DNA of 64,000 bases from contig MU053758.1 in assembly GCA_013239625.1 (NCBI GenBank), positions 1,922,001-1,986,000 on the forward strand, read 5' to 3'. The stretch comes from Lama guanicoe (taxonomy: Eukaryota). Made by a program: the position numbers and the translations under genes. Of this stretch, positions 12,542 to 22,655 are shown piece after piece. Numbering within the stretch: position 1 is the first letter of the stretch; every line of letters starts with the position of its first letter. The notes under the pieces are model-generated. The model worked only from the letters and a program-made list of their open reading frames with translations. It was not told where the DNA came from and made no database searches.

Positions 12542-13496
12542 TACCTGCTTTTCCGTTTTTCATTGTCACTCTTCTTAACCCGGAACAACTCGAGAATCCG
12601 AGGTTTCTGACTCCAAAGCTCCCTGAAAGATCCTGTCTATTGCACCTGCTTAATTTTCTGTCTTCAGATATTCTCCGACTCTGAGTAGTTAAGAGCAACA
12701 CCCCAGAGGCTGCACAGGGGTGACTCTACCACATCTAAGCTGGATACCGGGCTCAGTGGAGAGAAACCCACTTGCACTCTCGGCAGGCAGGAAGAAGGCG
12801 CCAAACTATTTCCATCTCCGAGACCGTCTGAGACCATTTGCTTTATTGTTAACTATAGATCCTTTTTCTCGGGAAAAATGGAGTGCCGGGGCAGGGCAAT
12901 ATTATTTGCCTAGTTCATACTCTGACCAGAAAGACTAGACCAGAATCCAAGTTCAGAAGTTTTATATGGTGGCTAAATTTAACAGGACCCAGCATAAATA
13001 TAAGATAGAAGGTGAAAAGTGGACGACTTTCTCCTTTATATTATCTAAAAGTCAGGGCTTTTGCCTGATAAACCTACAAATGGTAAGTTTGAGGCCTGGT
13101 GCCCAGGAAAGGGGTGAGAAACTGGTTATATCTCGGGTCTGGACTTTGTACCAGAGAGCAGCTCTGCTTAATCTCCATGTCCAGCTTCGCGAAGCATCTC
13201 ACAGTCATGAGAGCCGTGGGGAAAAATGCGTTCTAGGAGTATTCCCCTGGGGCCCGAAGGATGACAGAACCAAATTCCGAGTTTAAAATATCGCAACTGC
13301 CCCCTGACTCAAGAAGCATGCCTTTCCCTGTAGCTTTTATTTTTCCTTTTTTGGGGCAAAACCTAGTGGAGGGGGACGCCTTTGCTCCCTTAACACTTGG
13401 CGTTTTCCTCTGGCCCAACAGTGATACTGTCAGCCACGCAGCTAATCTGTCCCCATCTTTAGGTTATGAAATTCAAGGGCCTTGTATTGCTAGTTT

Positions 13497-13659
13497 AGAG
13501 GTTCTCAAAGTGTGGTCTAACAGCATCAGCATCCCCTGGGAACTTGCTAAAAACGCAAATTCTCGAGGTCCTACTCCAGGCCTACAGAATCAGAAACTGA
13601 GGGTGTTTTAACAAGCTCTCCAGGTAATTCTGACGCACGCTTAAGTTTGAAAACCACTA
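13497..13659. mobile_element. MER5A hAT-Charlie DNA transposon
   Basis: gttctcaaagtgtggtc...agcatcagcatc.cctgggaacttg...aacaagc.ctccaggt.attctga...agtttga.aaccact. Confidence 0.85.
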
Positions 13660-14320
13660 TGTTAGTTTATATCAGTTTGCATCAGGCTGGAACTTTATTT
13701 TTGTAAATTAAAATGAGCTTTTGGGTCAGCATTGGTCATTTTTAACGTTCTCAAAGTGCTTTCATTCTGCCGGTGTCACGAGCAATAGGGAAAGGTGAAC
13801 GTGGCCTGTGCATGTCACCGGTAATAAAGAAAGTTGAAGCTGGAGAAAGTCTGTGTCTATGAGTTTCCTTCTCTTGACCCACCCTCACCCGAAGCGGAGC
13901 GCCAAGTTGGGGGTCATCTTGCCTTCTGAACCAGCGCCTCCAGCTGCCTGACATCTGAGGCTGCCAGCCGTGGCCGCAGAAATCCTGACACCTCTGGTGC
14001 GGATGATGTGGGTCATGAGCTTTTGTACCTGATTTGTGCCGCTACTCACCCCTTCCTTCTGCGGGGTACGAAGTAAAACCGAAAGCTTTCCGCTACAGTT
14101 GGAAAATGAGGAAGGGATTTTATTTAAACATTTTTTTTTTTTAGTATTTAAAAATTTTTTTTTGTTTTTGTTTATTTGTTTTTGTTTGAGGGGAAGAAGA
14201 AGGGATTTTTGAATATCGTTTTTCTGTTTTCTTTATCCTAGGATCCGATGTTTAAAAAAAAAAAAGCGGTCTAGAAAGGAGTTACATTAGTTACAGACAG
14301 AAGAGAATGAAAAGCCACCG

Positions 14321-14392
14321 AGGGGGCACCCGGATTTGAACCAGGGACCTCTTGATCTGCAGTCAAATGCTCTACCACTGAGCTATACCCCC
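14321..14392 (-). tRNA. tRNA-Cys(GCA), T-stem variant (GGTCCCTGGTTC)
   Basis: 72 nt, intact cloverleaf with a U-G pair in the T stem. TTTT terminator (plus-strand aaaa 14310-14313). Lies ~0.87 kb upstream of the LASP1 ATG, in divergent orientation. Confidence 0.96.
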
Positions 14393-14499
14393 ACGTTGCT
14401 CCATTGGTTGGAGACAGCGACTTTGAGTGTTTCGAATGTTAAGCGATTGTTACATCGAAGATGCGATGTTAAGGGTAAAGAGAATGGAACGAAGGAGGA

Positions 14500-16000
14500 A
14501 AGGGGGCTAGGCGGAAAGCAGAAAGTCCTCGGATCTCGAAAACCAGGCGAGCTGCACGGCAGAGGCGCGGGGAGGGAAGAACTAGCCCGGGTTGCGAGGC
14601 TCTGAGTCCAGGCGGGAGGGACGGGTTCCGCCCTACCAACGTGGGAAAGGACTTTGGGCTAACAGGGGCGGGGCAAGGGTTCCCGTTCGGTCCGCAGGTT
14701 CATGCCAGGTACCGACAGGTACAAAGGAAGTCCCCAAATCTGGCGAATCTGGTTTGGCGTTCAGGAGGGTTCGAACCCCACAGTCGACGGGCGCGAGGGG
14801 TTTGCCCGCTTCCCGCAGCCCGGGCGCCCAGATGTGCGGCTAGACCGGCCCTGTGCCGCCTCTAGCGTTGGAAGGACCCTGGACAAAGTCGTCTGTCCGC
14901 GCCTGATTTCTGGGTGCCTCTCTCCCGGGCACCTTCTGCTTAGGAGCGCACCTAGGCGCTCACCTCCGGCCTGACAGTCCTCCCCGGAACCCGCCCCCGC
15001 GCGGCCGCACGTCTCCCGGGGAGCGCGCCTCGCCGCGCGCACCCCTGCCCGCGCCCGTGGCGCGTCCCCGCCCCGATACAGCCCCTCCTCCCCGCTGTGT
15101 TTATTAGGGGAAGGAGGGCGGAGGCGGAGGCCAGTTCCCTAGCTCCAGCCGCCGTAGCCGTCGCCTGTTCAGTTGCAGCCGCAGCCGTCTCCTGCCAGCT
15201 CGCTCCGGGGAAAGAGAACGCGCGCGAGCTCGGGCGTCCCCGCCCCACCTTTCCAGAACCATGAATCCCAACTGCGCCCGGTGTAGCAAGATCGTGTACC
15301 CCACAGAGAAGGTGAACTGTCTGGATAAGGTGAGCCGCGGGACCGGGAGACACGTCTTTGGAATCCCCAAGCAGTGCTCCAGATCGGGGGAGGAGAGAGG
15401 GGCCGGGTCTGTGCTGCTTCATCCCGCAATCCTGGGATGAGGGAGGGAGGGCGGTGTCATGGGGTGTGGGGACAGACCCCAGTCTGGAAACCCAGAGATC
15501 CGAGGCGAGGCAAGGATTCCACGCGTGGCGGGCAGCCACTACTGGAGAAGAGTGGGCTCTGTGCCCCGGCGTTGGGAGGATGCGAGAGGGGTAGAGAAGC
15601 CAGGCCCCATGGTGGGGGTGGGGGGGAGTGGGGGAAGGTTAGGGGTGCAGTCCCGCCCTCTAGGGCCGGGAGAGTGAGAGGAGACGGCCGCTCCCTCTCC
15701 TCCCCGCGCCGAGCGCCAAGTAGGCGGAAGCGCGGGGATATCAGCTGGTGAACGTTGCATCTGGTGAACTGGGCTTCGGGTAAGCTCCCGAACCTCACTG
15801 CAAGAGCCCTTTTTTTGGACGACCAGCAGCCCCGTTGGTGGTTCAGCGGTTAATGGACTAGCAGACGTCCTCCATAGCTTCCCAGCCCCCACCTCAAATT
15901 AGAAGCCAACTCTCAGTGCTGGGCCGCCCAGCCAGGCCCGGGCGGGGTCGGGTGCTGGAGTCGGGAGCGGGGGTGCTTCACGGAGATCTCCTGAAATTGT
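14500..16000 (+). promoter_or_regulatory. LASP1 CpG-island promoter and first exon region
   Basis: Dense CpG, GC boxes (ggggcgggg 14666; ccgccccc 14990-15070) and a TATA-like tttatta at 15100 upstream of the 5'UTR. Confidence 0.8.
15261..15329 (+). CDS. LASP1: LIM and SH3 domain protein 1, coding exon 1 (69 bp)
   Basis: accATG Kozak context; [23 protein letters not shown]; donor AAG|gtgagc. Confidence 0.97.
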
Positions 16001-17965
16001 GCTCAGAGGCAGAGTCCGGCTTGTAGAACAAAGAGCGAAGTTTTCAAAGCAGGTTTCCCTGATGGAGGGTGGGGTTGGCTGAGTTCAGGGGAAGCCAAGA
16101 AATGAGGGAGGTGTTAGGGGGAAGGGAAGGTGGCCTTCTGGAAATTCACTGTCCCCTGGGGGCCCTTACGTCGTGTCCCCCAACCCCCGCCATCATGCTG
16201 GACTCGTTCATCTGGTTGCCATTATACTTTTAGAGGGGGGCGGAGAGTAGAACTGGGTATTTCCAGCAGTTTGGGGTAGGATCCGGGCCTCTTTCAAGCT
16301 CCCTAAGATCGCACGGCAAAACCCACCTCCGTTCTCCATCCCCTTCCCAGACTGGAGGAGAGGCCTCGGTGATTTTGTACCCTTCATCGTGCATTTCACC
16401 CAGCTCCTAAAGCTAGCTCCAAGCCAAAAGATGTCCTCCTTCACACCTGGACTGGCGGGAGTTGGGGGGCATGAGGTGGAAGAGGGGTACAGAATCTACC
16501 TGGAGTCAGGTTTTGTTTGGGGAAGGATAGTTCGTCAGCTCCTTTGGTCTTTCCCCTCCCCCTTGGGGTTGGAGTTTCCTCTGTGACCTTTCGCCTCTGA
16601 GTCAGGGTGAGGGGGTGGGGTTCCAAGGTTCTGGAATACATTTGAAATTGCTCTTGGAGGAAGGCATATGGGGCTGCTTCTGTTTTACTCTCTTCCTAGG
16701 CTGGGCAGGAGGAGAGGAGGGCCAATATTGTGGATATAAAGGATGTGGGTGCTGACCTTCCCAATGACCATGGCTGCCTCTGGAGCGCAGGACTTGAGCC
16801 TGAGGCACTAGATGAAGCTGGCCATCTGTTCTTACACACTGGGATTTTCCCCTTTCCCTGGTGGTAGAGATTTTGGCCTCTGCATCTTGAGTGCCATGTG
16901 CCCCTCTCCTCCACAGTCATGAGTTGGGAAGAGGCTGTGGGCACTTTCACCCACGTGAGGTAGAAGCAACATACGATGGAGGGATTGCTAGCCTGGGAGT
17001 TGGGAGACTTGATCCCATTTCCAAGTCTGCTCCCACGAGCTTTATGAATGGCTCTAGGCCTCAGTATTCGCCATCTGTCAGTTGGGTATGATGAGGTCAT
17101 TTCCTTGAAGGTGGGGCAGTACACTGAAATGCTTGTCAAAGTGCCCCTAAGGGGATGTGGTATAGACTGTGCCCTCCCTACTTTCTGAGGTGCTCTGTCC
17201 AGCCCCACACCTGGCTCCCCCTGTAAAGACCTTTGGTGTCAGGGTGAGGGGGCAGGGATCTTTCAAGGTGCCCTCCCCAGCAGTTCTCTTGCTCTCACAA
17301 GAAAAGGACATTCAGGTGGTTGCCCTGGGAAATGGGAGTTGGTGATTCCTCTCTTTTTAGAGCTCTCCGTATAGGGGATGGCCCCGAGACCTCACCCCCT
17401 GCACTGAGCAGGAGGCCTGGAATATCCAGGTATTAGACTTATTCCTCCCAATACCCCCCACCCCCGATTCAGGCAATAAGGACAGGCACTTGGAATGGGG
17501 ACCTGATGTGTGGAGGACTGAGACTTGGTAGGGGGAACGTTGGTCCCGTAGGCACAGTTGCTAACCAACTTCCCAAGACTTTCCATTTATAACAGGAGAG
17601 TCAAATTAGACTCACCTGTTTCACTACAATATCCGTCTGACACGATGTGACCCAGAGCACGAGCTGTGTCCTTGGTGTAAACCTTTTCTCCTCCCTGAGC
17701 CTTATCTCCCGAAGGCTTAGGTGGGTGATGGCCATGCCACCTCTGATGGCCACCTGTCCTCGACCTGCAGGACCCGTTGTGCTCCACGTGCTGAATAAAT
17801 ACCTACTGCTGGTGATGGTGTTTGAGGAAGGAGGTCGAGATTTGCTTCTCCAGAGGACTTAGGGGACAAGAGTTGAGGGAGAAACAGGGTGACTCGGGCC
17901 AATAGATGTTCTTCAAAGTCCAACGACCCCCATTCCTGGGCTCTCAGATGTCTGACATTCTTCAC

Positions 17966-18325
17966 TGGGCGTGTTTCCCCTAAGAAACTAATAGCCCTAG
18001 GTAATGGCTAATCTCACAATAGCTCAGGCTGGCTTGTTTCAGCCCACCTTATCAGAGTCATAGACCCCACCGCCCTTCACAGACCCTAAACCTCTTTCCT
18101 CACCTACAACCAATCAGAGACTCGCGTTGTGACCCAACCTTAAAAAAGACCCCAACAACTGGCCCTCAGTGCTCCCACAGGTGTCTCTCCTCTGTGTGGC
18201 CCTCTGTTGTCTATGGCAGTGTACCCTAATAAACTCCTTTCTATTCTTATACTTAAGCTCTGGTAAATTCTTTTACTGAACCTGTGTGTCACCATGTCAC
18301 AGGCGGCCCTGTTGTGCCCACAACA
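17966..18325 (+). mobile_element. Probable ERV solo LTR in LASP1 intron 1
   Basis: TG...CA ends, CCAAT box (aaccaatcag ~18108), TATA-like ttaaaaa (~18140), AATAAA (18228-18233) and U5-like ggtaaattctttt. No clean TSD found. Confidence 0.55.
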
Positions 18326-21300
18326 GTGACCTCACTTGCTCATTCAATGAAATATTTGTTGAGCACCTACTTTGTGCCAGGCACTCTGAGGGCCTGCTGC
18401 AGGGCCTTTGGGGAGGGAGAGAGGCTGTGTCTCAAAATGTACGTTATAGTCTGAGAGAAGGGGAGTTTTGTCCCAGACCCCACTGGGAAACATTTGTATC
18501 TGGGGACCTGCGTTGTCAAGGGTCTTGCCATGTCCCTCTCTGCTGGGCTCTTGAACAGAGGTGGAGGCATTTGGGAAGGGTGAATAATTGAGGGGCTGCT
18601 CGATCTCCTGAAATCCCCCCTCAGGAGGGCTCTCTGCCTCTGGTTGTGTGAGCCACCCTCCCCTCGCCGCCCCCCAGCCCCCGCCAGGGGGCAGCAAGGT
18701 AGACGGAAGCTGGGCTGGATACAAAAAAGGAGAAAAGTCCTTGCAGCCCTGATGCTGCATTTCCTAACTGAAGCTGAGAGCACCCCACGATCATCCCGTG
18801 ACCATCCGTTCATAGTAGCTATGACTGATTAGGGTGTGCCAGGCTCAGTCTTCACAGGAGCCTCACAAAGCAGATGTGATTGCCCCTGGAAATTACGAAC
18901 CCCATCATCAGAGGCTCAGACAAGTCCTGTGGCTCCTTTCCTTCTCAGCCAGAGCTCGAATTCAAATCTAAAGTTCTTTGTGCTCAGCTCTTCTGCCTGT
19001 TGTGTTTGCAAAAAGTACTTTTATTTACACTATCTCACTGATATCCATCGTGGTCCCTCCTCTTCCTGACCCTGGCCTGAGGAATGCTGAGGCAGCAGGA
19101 ATAATACGCTCCCCCTGGGAATTTGTGGAGGTGCAGGCACTGTGGAGGCACAGCCTCCAAGGTGGCCGACTGACCGGGCCAGGGTAGGGCTGGTGTTGCC
19201 CCTGGAGGAACGAGAAACTGTAACCCTGGGTGACTGGAAGGGAGGGAGAGGTCTCATGCTCCAGCCCTGAGTCATAGGCAGCCTGGGTGTGGAGGACAAG
19301 ATACCAGGCTGTAGGCACATTGACCCGAAGTTCCACCACATCCCCCTCACCCAGAGCTGTGAGCGGGCGGCTCCCCCTACCTCCATAGTGATTCTAGAGA
19401 GGTGGGCTGGCCCAAGCCTTGCCCAAGTGCCAGGGATCTTGCTTCTGTCCCCATCAGCCTCTGTTTACCTTTCTGTGGAGTGGGTTGTAGCTTTGGAGCT
19501 GCAGGCAAGGGAGACCTGAGGGTGAGGCTGGAGCCTAGGGTCTGGATTTTTGTGAATAGGGAAACAGTGGACTTCAACGGCAACAGGAAGGATTCCAGTT
19601 GCATGCCTCAAGGTGCCCTTTGCTCCCTGAGTCCTGAGTCCCAGGAATGCTTCTCTGAAATCTTCTTACCTGTGTCCTCCAAGAAAGGGAGAACTCTTGC
19701 CCTGGGACAGGGCTTATGGGACAGGGGAAAGAGGCAGACAGAGGGTCATTGTGGGCTTGTATTGACTTATTTCCCTGAGTGTGTCCTTCACCAGACTCGA
19801 CTTGAGACAGGGATGGGTTTTTTTTTTTTTCTTTTTCATTTGGGGTCCCTTTGGGGTGCCCGGCCCAGGCTTGGCCCACAGGGGCTGTTGAGTGACTTGC
19901 CATCTTCTACCCTGGCTCCACCTCCCCTGCCCCACACTTTCCTACCCCAAAGAGGACACAGTGGCAGTAGCTGCTGGATTCTCCTGAACCTTGGAGCCCT
20001 CCTCCACAGAGGGGAGGGAAGGAAATGACGGGGAGCAGCTAGTGGTGCCAGGCTTGGAGCCTGTATCATCTCGTTACTCCTCCCAGCATCTCTGCGACCA
20101 TGGTTTTAGCCCCACTTGACAAATACAGAGACCGAGTTCCATAGTTACCTTGAGGACACTCAGTCCACCCTCTTTTTCATTATTCTGCTCCTGAATCCTT
20201 TGTAAGAGAACAGCTGACCACTGTCCCAGCCGCTAACCTGTCTAACTGAGAGCAAGGGGTGTCTGGGGGTGAGGTGGGAAAGAGCTCCTGATGGAAATGG
20301 ACACCACCCCCATGTATGGGGTCCCCCGTCCTCCAAATGGCAGCTGGGAGAGGTCTTGTGGAACCCCTGGATGGGCTGTTGGCCCTGTACCCTAGTCTGG
20401 CCAGTGTGTTCTGCCCTCCTTCCCAAGGGACTTGACTCCAGGGTGGGGACCTGGCCCTTTGCTCCGGTAGAGGTGTCAGTGTCTCTCCCTTTGTCTCCTC
20501 CAAGTCAGTCGGGGCAGCTCTGGAGGTCCCCAGTCCTAGGACAGTGTGTATTCCTGCCTATGTGTGTGTGTGAAAGTGGGTCATGGTCTGGATTCCAGAG
20601 AATGTTTTTCCTGGCAGGCCCCTGCGGGGGTAGGGGGAGGCGGGGGCCCAGGCAGGGGCATGTGCGGCTGAGCAGGCAGAGGCCAGCAGACTGGGTGGTG
20701 ACAGGGCTGGGGCCCTCTGCCAGCGCCTCCCAGGCACTGGGGGAGGGAGGGAGAGGGGCTTTCACTTTGGGGGCTGATGGGGGCAGGGACGACCCTGTTC
20801 TAGTTTTCCAAAGGTGGGTTGTATGCATGGGCATTTGCATCGGGAAGAGTCTGGGCTGGACTCTGGGATAGGCCCAGATTGGGGTGGGGGCCAGGCTTAC
20901 ACCAGCCATCCCTTTGCTGCCAGACTTCCCGCTGGCCTGCTTCCCAAAGAGTGGTTCTCCTGTCGCTTCATTTACTATTCCACCACTGGAGTGTCCTTTG
21001 GGTCTCCTTGATAGGGAAAATACCCTGTTAGACGGTGATTACCCCCCAAATTATCTCACGGTCTCTGGTAGGAGTGGGTCAGAGTGAGGGAGGTGAAATC
21101 CCAACCTCTCAGCTTCCCTGTTTCTGTCCCCTTCTCCGAAGCATCCTAGAAGCACCCCTTGGCTGGGAAACACGTTTTGAAAAGCACCACCTTGGGGGAA
21201 TTTTTTGACAGGTGGCCAAGAATCAGGAGTGTGCCAGGCACTTCGGAAGTCTCCCTGGGCCCTTTCCTGGCTTCTGGCCTCCTTCTTTGAGAGATCAGGA

Positions 21301-22560
21301 GTGTTTCTCTTGACTGCTGGGAGATGGGGCAGGGACAAGCCGGCTGGGTCACCCCAAGCAGCTCTGGATTTCCAGGTCCTGGAAGTTGGACTCCTGGTGG
21401 GTGCTGATCCCAGGGCCTCATCCTGGGCTGCTGGGGGTGGATTTCTCTCATTTGCATGGATTTGCCTGAGCATCGGTGTTTCTTAGGATGGGGTCACCTC
21501 TGCTGCATCAGTTCCCCTGGCCTCATGGTCTTCCACCCTGTTCCTATCCCTCAGCTGACCTGGATTGGTCCTTGCTTGGTTCTGGGTCCCTGGGCTTTGC
21601 TGGAGTCTTCCCTGTCACTCATGCTCAGTCACACACATTGTAGCTGTGGTTGGGCACAGTAGAGCCCCATCTGCACCCCAGCACACGCGCGTGCGCGCAC
21701 ACACACACACCCTCCCGTGCAAGCTGCTGAGGTTCGTCCTTGCTGCGCCCAGCACCTGACATTCACTACTTAGAGGTGCCAGGTGCTGTGCTGAGGGCTT
21801 GGTAGGTCATTTCTCATTTAATCCTCAACGATCCCAATAGGAATGGGTACTATGATTTGCATTCTGTAGACACTGAAATGGCTCCAAGGTGTGGGTCCTG
21901 ACCAAAGCCACCCAGCTAGTCAGGGTGGGGCTTTGATGTCCACTACGGGGATGGGGGAACACCTCCAAGCAGAGCTCTTTAGTGCATCAGAGGGAGACCA
22001 GCCCAAGGGTGGGAGAAAGGGGAGGGAAGGGTAGGAAGAGTGTGGGTGTGGTGACTAGAGCCTGGGTACCCACCCTTACTGTGGGTGAGGGTCCCTCAGG
22101 ATGGGGAGGTATCAGGGCCTGTGTGTTGCCAGGCCCAGGTGTGTCTCAAGGCCCTGGTGTAGGGGTATGAGGGCCTGGGTGTGTAGAGGCTGGGCTGTCC
22201 TCTTCTCTAGGCCTTGTCAAGGCCAAGGAGCTACCCAGCACGTTCGGCAGCGGCTTCTTAGCAACCCTGGCGCAGCTTTGCATAAGCAATGAGGCTTCTC
22301 CTGCTCTGGCAGTGGAGTGGTCTAGGGGAGGGTGGAGCTGACCCTTCTCTGCCTTCTCCCCCTCCTGACAGCTCCACTGGCTGACTGGTGAGGGGTGGGA
22401 CCAGGGAGGGCAGTGTCCCCAGCTGCCAGAGCCTATGACCTGAGATGTCCCCGGGGGCATGTCTGTGCTCCAGTCCCAAGGGTGGAGCGCTCCTTCCTAG
22501 GGCCTGAGCCCCGCTCCTGACTCCTAGTGTCTGATGGGTGTTCTCTGCCTCTGTCCCCAG

Positions 22561-22655
22561 TTCTGGCATAAAGCATGCTTCCATTGCGAAACCTGCAAGA
22601 TGACACTCAACATGAAGAACTACAAGGGCTATGAGAAGAAGCCCTACTGCAACGC
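22561..22655 (+). CDS. LASP1: LASP1 coding exon 2 (95 bp), rest of the LIM domain
   Basis: cccag|[34 protein letters not shown](A); GC|gtgag. Confidence 0.97.

Noticed and set aside
13932..13947. CTCF-like motif (minus strand GCAGCTGGAGGCGCTG) near the tRNA cluster
   Set aside because: Several mismatches to the core consensus; unsupported without a PWM score or ChIP data.
14952..15892. Several antisense ORFs over the LASP1 first exon
   Set aside because: Explained by stop-codon scarcity in a CpG island; no protein similarity recognised.
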